Below are positions 9,144 to 17,354 of a DNA stretch of 64,000 bases, piece after piece (position 1 is the stretch's first letter; each line of letters opens with the position of its first letter). This DNA is from Chloroflexota bacterium (GTDB taxonomy: Bacteria; Chloroflexota; Limnocylindria; Limnocylindrales; CSP1-4), in NCBI GenBank assembly GCA_031370565.1, contig JANMQO010000163.1, positions 7,576 through 71,575 of the forward strand. Reading direction: 5' to 3'. The position numbers were made by a program, and so were the translations under genes. Under the pieces are notes generated by a model. The model worked only from the letters and a program-made list of their open reading frames with translations, did no database searches and was not told where the DNA came from.

Positions 9144-9172
9144 CGTATACCTTCGAGTTGCTGGAAGGTCAA
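9144..9172 (-). promoter_or_regulatory. MerR-type promoter: -35 TTGACC, 19-bp spacer containing the dyad ACCTTC-N9-GAAGGT, -10 TACGGT ending 6 nt before the ATG (leaderless transcript)
   Basis: The minus-strand read is gcTTGACCttccagcaactcgaaggtaTACGGTtgcgtcATG. A 19-bp spacer with an internal palindrome is the hallmark of MerR/CueR-regulated promoters. Confidence 0.55.
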
Positions 9173-9518
9173 GCGGACCCGGCCGTCGCTGGCCGGCCGT
9201 CGCGATTCGGGCTCCGAATGCCGATGGTTGCGTCGTGTACGGGCGGATCATCGAACCGGGCGGCGTCGGGCCGCGTGCCGCGCGCCGCGCCACAGACGTC
9301 GCCGGGCGGCGCCCGCGTGTGCTGCACATGCCAACGCCGATCGAGCAGCGTGGGCTGAGGACCGACGGAGATGCCCGGCCTGCGCCGAGCTGTACGACTG
9401 GTTCGGCTGGGGTGTCATGGCGTGGACGATCGGAGACACTCGTGAACACCCGATGATCGCGACGTCAAGACGTCGCCCGCCGCGCAGCCCATTGCGGTGC
9501 GCGCCAGCGCGGCACCTC

Positions 9519-9911
9519 ATGCGCTATCGTCGCGGGGTGCATCTCGTCCTCATCGGCCTCGGCGGGTTCGCGGGGGCGATCGCTCGCTACGTCGTCGACG
9601 GCTGGGTGTCCGGCCTGACCCGCGGCGGGTTCCCGTGGGGCACCCTGGCGATCAATGCCTCGGGCTCGTTCGTGCTCGGGCTGCTGGCCGCGCTGACCAT
9701 CGACCGGAGCCTGCTCAGTCCCGAGATCCGGGGACCGGTCATGATCGGGTTCATTGGCGCCTACACCACCTTTTCCACCTGGATGCTCGAGAGCTCGCGA
9801 CTCCTCGAGGCCGGCAACTGGGCGGCGGCGCTGGGCAACCTTGGCGGCTCGGTCGCCGTCGGGTTGCTGGCCGTCTTCGCCGGGCTCACCGTGGGCCGGA
9901 TCATCGCGTAG
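9519..9911 (+). CDS. crcB: fluoride ion channel CrcB/FluC
   Basis: 131 aa with four TM helices. Residues GGFAGAIARY...GFPWGTLAINASGSFVLGLL...GFIGAYTTFSTW match the CrcB family. Confidence 0.85.
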   Translation: MRYRRGVHLVLIGLGGFAGAIARYVVDGWVSGLTRGGFPWGTLAINASGSFVLGLLAALTIDRSLLSPEIRGPVMIGFIGAYTTFSTWMLESSRLLEAGNWAAALGNLGGSVAVGLLAVFAGLTVGRIIA

Positions 9912-9920
9912 GAGGCTCGG

Positions 9921-10319
9921 ATGAAGATCGAGGGACCGGCACTCCTCGTCCGGATCTACATTGGCGAGGCGGACCGCTGGCACGGCCGACCGCTCTATCA
10001 GGCCATCGTCGAAGTCCTGCGTGAGCGCGGCATGGCCGGCACCACGGTCCTGCGTGGGATCGAGGGCTTCGGCGCCAAGGCGCATCTGCATACCGCGCGG
10101 ATCCTGCGCCTCTCGGAGGACCTGCCCATCCTCATCGAGGCAGTCGACCTGGAGGACCGCATCCGGGCCGTCTTGCCCGAGCTTGACGCGATGGTGGCCG
10201 ACGGCCTGATCACCCTCGAACGGATCGAGGTCGTCGCCTACCGCGGCACCGCTCCGGACGCCGCCGCTCCCGACGCTGCCGCCTCCGACGCCGCGGCCAA
10301 CGCCGTCGACAAGCGTTAA
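9921..10319 (+). CDS. DUF190 (PII-like) protein, commonly co-operonic with crcB
   Basis: LLVRIYIGEADRWHGRPLYQAIVEVLRERGMAGTTVLRGIEGFG matches DUF190. It starts 10 nt after the crcB stop. Confidence 0.8.
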   Translation: MKIEGPALLVRIYIGEADRWHGRPLYQAIVEVLRERGMAGTTVLRGIEGFGAKAHLHTARILRLSEDLPILIEAVDLEDRIRAVLPELDAMVADGLITLERIEVVAYRGTAPDAAAPDAAASDAAANAVDKR

Positions 10320-10347
10320 CACACTGGAAACAGGCTGACCACCGCTC

Positions 10348-10367
10348 GTTCATCCGTATGGACGAAC
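10348..10367. promoter_or_regulatory. inverted repeat GTTCATCC-gtat-GGACGAAC ~70 nt upstream of pstS (candidate PhoP/RegX3-type site)
   Basis: It is palindromic apart from one position and contains the GTTCA core of PHO boxes. Confidence 0.3.
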
Positions 10368-10433
10368 CTCTTGGCGCACTGACATCGCAGCAGCGCGGGC
10401 CCATGCCGCCCGCGATCAGGAGGACACGATCAC

Positions 10434-11345
10434 GTGACGACGACCACAGCGACGCGCCTCGGCAGTCTCGCCCTCGCAGCCGGCCTGTTGCTGGCGGCCT
10501 GCGGCGGTTCGGCCAGCTCGACGCCAACGACGGCCGGCTCGACGAACGCGGCCGGAGCCTCGGCCACAGGCGCAGGTACCTGCGTGGCGGGCAGCATCAC
10601 CGCCGCCGGCTCGACGGCCCTCCAACCGCTCGTCGAGAAGGCGGCCAAGAACTATGGGGCCGCCTGCCCGGGCGCCACGGTCAACGTCCAGGGCGGCGGT
10701 TCCGGCACCGGACTGACCCAGGTGCTGGCGGGCGCCATCGTCATCGGCGACTCCGACATCTTTGCGGCAGACAAGCTCCAGGCCGCCGACGCGTCCCAGC
10801 TGGTCGACCACCAGGTCGTCCGCCAGGGCTGGGTGGTGGTCGTCAACAAGAGCGTCACCGGCGTCACCAACCTGACCAGCCAGCAGGCCAAGGACATCTG
10901 GACCGGCAAGATCACCAACTGGAAGGATGTCGGGGGCAACGATCAGGCCATCGTGCTCATCCTGCGTCCGCAGTCGTCGGGCACCCGGGCCACGTTCAAG
11001 AAGGTCGTCCTCGGTGGTGCGGACGAGGCAGCCGGCCAGGCGCTGACCGAAGACTCCAACGGTGCGGTCACCCAGGCCGTGGTGGCGACACCCGGTTCGA
11101 CCAGCGTCATCGGGTTCGCGTTCTACCAGCAGAACAAGGCCAGCCTGACTGGCCTCCAGCTCGATGGCATCGACGCGACCGTCGCGAACATGGCGAGCGG
11201 CACGTACAAGCTGCAAGCGTTCGGGCACATGTACACGAAGGGCCAACCAGACGGGCTGACCAAGGCCTTCCTGGACTACATGCTCAGCCCGGACGTCCAG
11301 AAGAACCTCGTGCCGAGCCTGTTCTACGCCCCAACCCAGCCGTAG
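10434..11345 (+). CDS. pstS: phosphate ABC transporter substrate-binding lipoprotein
   Basis: GTG start with a CAGGAGG SD. Lipobox LLAAC. SITAAGSTALQPL...GGGSGTG PstS motifs. Confidence 0.9.
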   Translation: MTTTTATRLGSLALAAGLLLAACGGSASSTPTTAGSTNAAGASATGAGTCVAGSITAAGSTALQPLVEKAAKNYGAACPGATVNVQGGGSGTGLTQVLAGAIVIGDSDIFAADKLQAADASQLVDHQVVRQGWVVVVNKSVTGVTNLTSQQAKDIWTGKITNWKDVGGNDQAIVLILRPQSSGTRATFKKVVLGGADEAAGQALTEDSNGAVTQAVVATPGSTSVIGFAFYQQNKASLTGLQLDGIDATVANMASGTYKLQAFGHMYTKGQPDGLTKAFLDYMLSPDVQKNLVPSLFYAPTQP

Positions 11346-11367
11346 CCCAACGATAGTCGCCCGAACC

Positions 11368-11437
11368 GCGCCCCGAGACCGTCCGGGGCGCCAGCCACAG
11401 GACCACGCGAACACCGGCCCGAGCGGGCCGGTGTTCG
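11368..11437 (+). promoter_or_regulatory. two consecutive intercistronic stem-loops between pstS and pstC (partial terminator / mRNA-stabilising element)
   Basis: The first is gcgccccg-agaccgtc-cggggcgc (8-bp stem). The second is cgaacaccggccc-gagc-gggccggtgttcg (perfect 13-bp stem), followed directly by the pstC SD GGAG. Confidence 0.5.
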
Positions 11438-11455
11438 CCCCGTTGGAGTCCGCCG

Positions 11456-12391
11456 ATGACCGATAGCGCCGTCCCGTTCAGGTCGACCGTCCTGCGTCGA
11501 CCGTTGACGCGCCGGGAGCGGCTCGATCTCCCGCGACGGCTGACCCTGGTCGCGGCCGCCATGGTGATCGTATTGGTCGGCCTGCTGCTCGCGTTCATCA
11601 GCTGGAACGGCGTCCAGCTCTTCAGCGCGTCCCATGTCTCCCTGGGAGACGTCCTGTCCACGCGCTGGCAGCCCGACAGCAGCGCCGGCAACACGTACGG
11701 CATGTTGCCGTTCATCGCCGGCACACTGGCGGTCACCATCGTGGCCGCCCTCATCGCGACGCCGCTGGCCGTGGGTCTGGCCCTGTTCATGGCCGAGATC
11801 GCACCTCGCTGGGCGCGCTCGATCACCCAGCCTGCGATGGAGGTGTTCGTCGGCATTCCGAGCGTCGTCTACGGTTGGCTCGGCATCACCATCCTCGTCC
11901 CGTTCCTGCGCGAACACTTGTCGGGCGTTGGCTTCACGCTCGGCTTCAGCTGGTTCGCCGGCTCACTCGTGCTGGCTCTGATGATCCTGCCGACCATCGC
12001 CACCATCACCCACGATGCCTTTCGGGCGGTGCCGGCCGAGTTGCGCAGCGGGTCGCTCGCGCTGGGCACGACCCGCTGGCAGACGATCCGGCACATCCTG
12101 GTGCCAGCCGCCAAGAATGGAATCGCCACAGCGGTCGTGCTGGGCATGATGCGCGCCGCGGGCGAGGCGCTGGCGGTCCAGATGGTCATCGGCAACCGAC
12201 CGGTCATGCCGACCAGCTTGACCCAGCCGCTCACAACGCTGACCAGCCAGATCACCCTGGACATGGGCAACACGGTGGCCGGCGAACCGTGGAACCAGGC
12301 CCTCTGGACGATGGGCCTGATCCTCCTGCTCCTCTCCTTCGGCTTCGTCGTCCTGGTCCGAGTGCTCGGTCGCGGGAAGGCCCGCGCATGA
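11456..12391 (+). CDS. pstC: phosphate ABC transporter permease
   Basis: Six-TM permease. The order pstS-pstC-pstA-pstB supports the call. Confidence 0.9.
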   Translation: MTDSAVPFRSTVLRRPLTRRERLDLPRRLTLVAAAMVIVLVGLLLAFISWNGVQLFSASHVSLGDVLSTRWQPDSSAGNTYGMLPFIAGTLAVTIVAALIATPLAVGLALFMAEIAPRWARSITQPAMEVFVGIPSVVYGWLGITILVPFLREHLSGVGFTLGFSWFAGSLVLALMILPTIATITHDAFRAVPAELRSGSLALGTTRWQTIRHILVPAAKNGIATAVVLGMMRAAGEALAVQMVIGNRPVMPTSLTQPLTTLTSQITLDMGNTVAGEPWNQALWTMGLILLLLSFGFVVLVRVLGRGKARA

Positions 12392-13275
12392 GGCGCGTCC
12401 TGCTGGCCGATCGGATCGCGACAGGCGTGCTGTGGGCGATCGCCGTCGTCGTCGTACTCATCCTGCTCGCGATCATCGGGCATTTCGTGATCGGTGCGAT
12501 CGCCATGCTGGGTCCGTCGTTCCTGCTCTCCGAGCCGAGCGACTCGAGCGTGGGAGGCGTGGGCCCGGTCCTGTTCAATTCCGTCTACGTGCTGGTCCTG
12601 ACCCTGCTGCTGACGGTGCCGCTGGGTACGCTCGGCGGGATCTACCTGGCGGAGTACGCCGGGTCTGGACCGCTGACCAGGATCATCCGGTTCTGCCAGG
12701 AACTCATCGGCTCGGTGCCGTCGATCGTCGTCGGGCTGTTCGGCCTGGCCCTCTTCGTCAACGCGACGCACTGGGGATTCACGGCCCTGGCCGGCGCGCT
12801 CGCCCTGAGCGTGTTCAACCTGCCGCTCATGGCACGCCTGGCGGAACAGGCCTTCCGGGCCGTGCCGGACGACGAGCGTAGCGCGAGCCTGGCCCTGGGC
12901 AGTAGTCAGTGGCAGACGATCCGCCACGTGGTCCTGCCGCTGGCCATCCCGGGCCTCGTCACGGCGATCATCCTGACGGCCGGCCGGATCTTCGGCGAAG
13001 CCGCCGCACTGCTCTTCACCGCAGGGCTGTCGACGCCGACGGGGTACGATTTCGCCAACCTCAACCTGGGCGACCCGCGCTCTCCATGGAGTCCATTGCA
13101 TCCTGCGACGACCCTCTCCGTGTATATCTGGAAGTTGAACTCCGAGGGGCTCGGCAGCTTCGTGCGCCAGATCGCCGACGGCAGCGCAGCGGTCCTGGTG
13201 GTCATGGTGCTCGTGTTCAACCTCGGCGCACGCGGGCTCGGTCGGCTGCTCCAGCGCCGCATCACCGGTGCCTGA
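12388..13275 (+). CDS. pstA: phosphate ABC transporter permease
   Basis: The internal ATG 12388 overlaps the pstC stop (ATGA). The long upstream track ORF is an artefact. Confidence 0.85.
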   Translation: MRRVLLADRIATGVLWAIAVVVVLILLAIIGHFVIGAIAMLGPSFLLSEPSDSSVGGVGPVLFNSVYVLVLTLLLTVPLGTLGGIYLAEYAGSGPLTRIIRFCQELIGSVPSIVVGLFGLALFVNATHWGFTALAGALALSVFNLPLMARLAEQAFRAVPDDERSASLALGSSQWQTIRHVVLPLAIPGLVTAIILTAGRIFGEAAALLFTAGLSTPTGYDFANLNLGDPRSPWSPLHPATTLSVYIWKLNSEGLGSFVRQIADGSAAVLVVMVLVFNLGARGLGRLLQRRITGA

Positions 13276-13290
13276 AGGGTCGACCAGACA

Positions 13291-14244
13291 ATGACGATCA
13301 GCAACCCGGAGGACGCGATGACCATCCTCGCCCCGCCCACCATCGCCCATGGTGCCATGCCGTCCAGCGGTGGCGCGGTCGCTTCAGACCGGCCGGTCGC
13401 GCCGGGCTCGCCTGGGCCGGAGACCGGCTTCGGGGCCGATGTCGAGACCGGACTCACGACGGGCCACCGCGTTGCGGCCAAGCTGGAGGTGAGCAACCTG
13501 CGCGTGTCCTACGGCCCCAAGCTCGCCGTTCGCGACGTGACGATGCGGATTGAGGCACACGCCGTCACCGCCTTCATCGGTCCGTCTGGGTGCGGCAAGA
13601 GCACGATCCTGCGCTGCTTCAACCGGATGAACGAGCTCGTGCCGGGGGCGAGGATGGAGGGCAGCGTCTGGCTCGACGGTGAGGACATTTACGCCCCCGA
13701 TGTGCAGCCGGTGGCCGTCAGGACTCGAATCGGGGTCGTCTTCCAGCGACCCAACCCGTTTCCCATGTCGATCTACGAGAACGTGGCCTACGGACCGCGT
13801 CGGCACGGGGTGCGCGAGCGGGCCCGGCTCGATGAGACCGTCGAGCGCTGTCTCCGGCGGGCAGCACTCTGGGATGAGGTCAAGGACGAGCTCCGGCGCA
13901 AGTCAGGCCTGGCCCTGTCTGGCGGCCAGCAACAGCGCCTGTGCATCGCCCGCACGCTGGCCACGGATCCAGAGGTCGTCCTGATGGACGAACCGGCCTC
14001 TTCGCTCGACCCGATCTCGACCTTGAAGATCGAGGAACTCATCCACGAGCTGCGCGACACGTACACCATCGTCATCGTCACCCACAACATGCAGCAGGCG
14101 TCGCGCGTGAGCGATCGAACCGCGTTCTTCACGATGGGCGATGATCGTGCCGGCTACCTGGTCGAGGTGGGCGACACGACCCAGATCTTCACCAACCCCA
14201 GAGAGCGGCTGACCGAAGACTACGTGTCCGGTCGGTTCGGCTGA
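13291..14244 (+). CDS. pstB: phosphate ABC transporter ATP-binding protein (with ~45-aa N-terminal extension; start uncertain)
   Basis: [36 protein letters not shown], and the PstB-typical C-terminal half. Confidence 0.9.
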   Translation: MTISNPEDAMTILAPPTIAHGAMPSSGGAVASDRPVAPGSPGPETGFGADVETGLTTGHRVAAKLEVSNLRVSYGPKLAVRDVTMRIEAHAVTAFIGPSGCGKSTILRCFNRMNELVPGARMEGSVWLDGEDIYAPDVQPVAVRTRIGVVFQRPNPFPMSIYENVAYGPRRHGVRERARLDETVERCLRRAALWDEVKDELRRKSGLALSGGQQQRLCIARTLATDPEVVLMDEPASSLDPISTLKIEELIHELRDTYTIVIVTHNMQQASRVSDRTAFFTMGDDRAGYLVEVGDTTQIFTNPRERLTEDYVSGRFG

Positions 14245-14254
14245 GAGGAGCGCG

Positions 14255-14998
14255 ATGAACCCGGACAGCGGCGCTGATGTGGACGGCGAGGGCGCCGGCG
14301 TCCGAGACGTCCGGTCCGATGGCGGGGAGGAGCGCCGGGCGGCCCTGCGCCCGCCGCTCGACCGAGGCGAGCGCGAGGTCAAGGACGGCGTGCTGCGGAT
14401 GGGCGTGCTGGTCGAGGACCAGATCCTGGCGGCCCTGGACGCCCTGATCCGGCACGATGCGGACGCCGCCCTGGCGGTCATCCGCGGGGATCGCCAGATC
14501 AATGAGGCGCAGCGGAACCTGTCGACCCTCATCGCCACCGTCATCGCCCTCCAGCAGCCGGTTGCTCGTGACCTGCGCTTCCTGCTCTCGCTCGACCACG
14601 TGACCTACGAGCTGGAGCGGATGGGCGATCACGCCGCCTCGGTGGCCAAGCAGGCACGCAAGCTGGCCCCACACCCGCCACTCGGCGCCTATGTCGACCT
14701 GCCCGAGATGGCCCGCCTGGCCGCCTCGCTGGTCCGCGGAATCCTGGGTGCGCTGGTCGACATTGACCAGGCTGCCGCGCGGGCCGTTGCGCTGCGAGAC
14801 GACGACATGGATCGGCTCTACCACCGGACCTTCGAGCAGACGCTGGAGCTCATGCGGGCCGACCCGGCCAATGTCGATCCGGGTGTACGCATCCTGTTCG
14901 CCGCCCACTACCTGGAGCGAATCGGCGACCGGGTCACGAATATCGCCGAGGGCATCGTCTTCCTGGCCACGGGCGAGAGCGTCGACCTGAATCCGTAG
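14255..14998 (+). CDS. phoU: phosphate signalling complex protein PhoU
   Basis: Two PhoU repeats, with ELERMGDHAASVAK and HYLERIGDRVTNIAE motifs. Confidence 0.9.
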   Translation: MNPDSGADVDGEGAGVRDVRSDGGEERRAALRPPLDRGEREVKDGVLRMGVLVEDQILAALDALIRHDADAALAVIRGDRQINEAQRNLSTLIATVIALQQPVARDLRFLLSLDHVTYELERMGDHAASVAKQARKLAPHPPLGAYVDLPEMARLAASLVRGILGALVDIDQAAARAVALRDDDMDRLYHRTFEQTLELMRADPANVDPGVRILFAAHYLERIGDRVTNIAEGIVFLATGESVDLNP

Positions 14999-15022
14999 TC
15001 GACTCGGGGGCGAAATCGGGCA

Positions 15023-15550
15023 TTGCGTCAACACCGCACTGGGCGTCACACTCGAGCCATGGCCGTCACCGCGATCCACCTGCTCCGCCATGCGCACGCC
15101 GGCGATCCGATCAAGTGGTCCGGGTCCGATTTCGACCGACCGCTCTCGGCTAAGGGACGGGACCAGATGGCCCGACTTGGGTCCCTCCTCGCGCTGACGG
15201 GGTTCAGCCCGGACGTGATCGTCGCCTCACCGCGTCTTCGGGCGGTCGAGACGGCCGAGCTCCTGGCAGGGCGACTCGGCGTTCGGTCCCGGACCGACGT
15301 GCGCATGGCCGACTCACTCTCGCTCAGCGTCGTCGAGCAGATCCTGGTCGATGCCGGCGACCCGGCCCGGCCGCTCCTGGTGGGCCACGACCCTGACTTC
15401 AGCGAGCTACTTGCGCTGCTCACCGGCGCGCTCGACATCCCGATGCGCAAGGGCGCCCTCGCTCGGGTCGACGCCGAGCGTCCGCTCCAGCCCGGCTCCG
15501 GTACCCTGCGCTGGCTGCTGCCCCCCGAGCTCGTGCCGGATCTCGGCTAG
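15023..15550 (+). CDS. histidine phosphatase superfamily protein, SixA-like phosphohistidine phosphatase
   Basis: LLRHAHAG...LSAKGRDQ...VIVASPRLRAVETAEL...LLVGHDP is the RHG motif of branch-1 histidine phosphatases. The start is either TTG 15023 or ATG 15059. Confidence 0.7.
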   Translation: MRQHRTGRHTRAMAVTAIHLLRHAHAGDPIKWSGSDFDRPLSAKGRDQMARLGSLLALTGFSPDVIVASPRLRAVETAELLAGRLGVRSRTDVRMADSLSLSVVEQILVDAGDPARPLLVGHDPDFSELLALLTGALDIPMRKGALARVDAERPLQPGSGTLRWLLPPELVPDLG

Positions 15551-15611
15551 CTCACCGGCGGGACGGCGGCGGGTGCCGAGCCAGCCGCGGGCATCGAGCC
15601 AATGGTGGGCG

Positions 15612-15992
15612 TCAAGCCAATGGTGGCCGACCGGGCCCCCGTCCGCGCAGCTGGCTGGCTGGGATCAGTCCGCCCGGAACGAGTCCGAGCGCGATCGCGC
15701 CGAGTCGATCCGCGAGCTTGGGTGCGAGCCGATACCAGATCCACGTGCCACGTCGCTCGCCGTCGACAACGCCAGCCTTGCGCAGCACGCGCAGATGGTG
15801 CGACACGGTCGGCTGGCGGACGCTGCAGCAGGAACCGAAATCGCAGGCACAGACCTCGCCTTGACCCGCCAACTGCCGGACGATCGCCAGGCGGGTCGGG
15901 TCGGCCAGCGCCTGGAGAAGTTGGATGTCCGGGTCGAGGCTACGCGTCTTCACCGGGGCAGCATATCGACAATCATCTATATTGACAAACAT
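15612..15992 (-). CDS. arsR: ArsR/SmtB-family metalloregulator
   Basis: LQALADPTRLAIVRQLA...GEVCACDF...QPTVSHHLRVLRKAGVV is a wHTH with a CxC metal(loid) site. The ATG lies inside the AT-rich operator and the -10 TATATC abuts the start codon. Confidence 0.85.
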   Translation of the reverse strand: MFVNIDDCRYAAPVKTRSLDPDIQLLQALADPTRLAIVRQLAGQGEVCACDFGSCCSVRQPTVSHHLRVLRKAGVVDGERRGTWIWYRLAPKLADRLGAIALGLVPGGLIPASQLRGRGPGRPPLA

Positions 15993-16012
15993 CGATATAT
16001 CGCCCAGACTCC
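15963..16012. promoter_or_regulatory. AT-rich palindromic operator/promoter island between divergent arsR and arsM
   Basis: ATATCGAcaatcatctatattgacaaacaTCGATAT plus the perfect palindrome CGATATATCG. A TTGACA -35-like hexamer faces arsM. The local GC content is far below that of the window. Confidence 0.5.
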
Positions 16013-16053
16013 AGACTCGCCCAGCCAGCCAACGCGCCAACGAGGATGCCCCG

Positions 16054-16884
16054 ATGCCCGACGCCACGCAGCAGATCCACGACGAGGTCCGCGCCCGATA
16101 CGCCGAGGCCGCCTTGTCCGTCCTGGACCCCACCCTGCCGACCGGTGGGGCGCGTTCCTCCACCACGCGGACCGACGCCGGATCGTGCTGTGAGCCGAGC
16201 GCGGCGGAGACGGCGGTTGGCGGCGGATGCTGCTCCGGCGCGGTGTCGCCTGATGTCTTCGGCGCCCAGTTGTATGACGCGGCCGACCGCGGCAGCCTGC
16301 CGGACGCGGCGACCCTGGCCAGCCTGGGCTGCGGGAACCCGACGGCGGTCGCAGAGCTCCACGAGGGCGAGACGGTCCTCGACCTGGGCTCCGGCGGTGG
16401 GATCGACGTTCTCCTGTCTGCCCGCCGGGTGGGTCCGAGCGGCCGAGCCATCGGCCTCGACATGACCCCCGAGATGCTGACCCTCGCCCGCCGCAACGCG
16501 GTCGAGGCCGGCGCGACCAACGTCGAGTTCATCGAAGGGACGATCGAGGCGATCCCCCTGCCCGCCGCCAGTGTCGACGTGGTCATCAGCAACTGCGTCA
16601 TCAACCTGGCTGCCGACAAGGGTGCCGTGCTGACCGAGATCGCCCGAGTCCTGCGCCCCGGCGGTCGCGTGGGCGTGAGCGACGTGGTCGCCCGCAATGA
16701 CCTGAGCCCAGCCCAGCGCGCCGAGCGGGGCAGCTACACCGGCTGCATCGCCGGGGCGCTGTCGTTCGCCGAGTACGAAGCGGGCCTCCGTGCGGCGGGT
16801 TTGGTGGACATCTCCGTCCGACCGACCCATGAGGTCGCTGACGGCCTGTTCGCGGCGATCGTCCGGGCGACGAAGCCCGGCTGA
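16054..16884 (+). CDS. arsM: arsenite S-adenosylmethionine methyltransferase
   Basis: GAGGA SD before the ATG. SAM motif VLDLGSGGGIDVLLSA. Conserved Cys residues (CCEP, CGNP, CIAG) are typical of ArsM. Confidence 0.85.
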   Translation: MPDATQQIHDEVRARYAEAALSVLDPTLPTGGARSSTTRTDAGSCCEPSAAETAVGGGCCSGAVSPDVFGAQLYDAADRGSLPDAATLASLGCGNPTAVAELHEGETVLDLGSGGGIDVLLSARRVGPSGRAIGLDMTPEMLTLARRNAVEAGATNVEFIEGTIEAIPLPAASVDVVISNCVINLAADKGAVLTEIARVLRPGGRVGVSDVVARNDLSPAQRAERGSYTGCIAGALSFAEYEAGLRAAGLVDISVRPTHEVADGLFAAIVRATKPG

Positions 16885-16940
16885 GGCCGGTCGACCTGCG
16901 CGGAATCGGAAACGACTGCGTGGAAAGGAGGTGAGTGCAG

Positions 16941-16994
16941 GTGACGCGATGCGACTGCCCGTGCGGGCCGGAGTGCCCGTGTGAGTCCTGCTGA
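16941..16994 (+). CDS. candidate smORF encoding a 17-aa cysteine-rich peptide (M)TRCDCPCGPECPCESC
   Basis: A perfect AAAGGAGG SD lies 9 nt upstream of GTG 16941 (alternative GTG at 16935). It is bounded by an in-frame TGA immediately upstream and ends at TGA 16992-16994. It sits 57 nt downstream of arsM on the same strand. Confidence 0.3.
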   Translation: MTRCDCPCGPECPCESC

Positions 16995-17018
16995 CGCCAC
17001 GCCGTAGCAGGCCGATGG

Positions 17019-17044
17019 ACAGGGCGACGCTGGAGTCGCCCTGT
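17019..17044 (+). terminator. hairpin after the arsM/smORF unit
   Basis: acagggcgac-gctgga-gtcgccctgt is a perfect 10-bp stem followed by tctaat. Confidence 0.4.
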
Positions 17045-17354
17045 TCTAATGTCCGCCGTCGAGCTGCTGCCGATCCGGGCCACCTGTCCGTCTCTGGTGC
17101 GAGTGCCCACGATTGGCCTGGTCTGGCACTTAATGCCGCCCAATCTTCGACGCCTTGCCGTCCACCCCAGTCACGCGGACTGCCTGCGCTGAGCCCGCCG
17201 CTGCACGGCCGAGCAGCCCACGTTACGCACGTCACACGCAAACCGGCGTGGCAGGGCGAGGCCGGACGAGGCGGGCCGGACGAGGCGGGCCGGGGCGCCC
17301 GCCGAACGCGTTCGACGGGCGGCACACGCGGCTCCTCAGCGGGATGCCGCGGAG

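Noticed and set aside
9173-9518. Possible fluoride (crcB-motif) riboswitch upstream of crcB; segments such as ggagatgcccggcc and ccgatgatcgcg were examined
   Set aside because: The conserved core (GGCGAUGG..UUCGCC, AACCGCC, CUGAUGAUGCCUAC) could not be aligned by eye. A covariance-model scan is needed.
15594-15630. Direct repeat gccaatggtgg x2
   Set aside because: It is short, partly inside the arsR 3-prime coding region, and shows no obvious structure.
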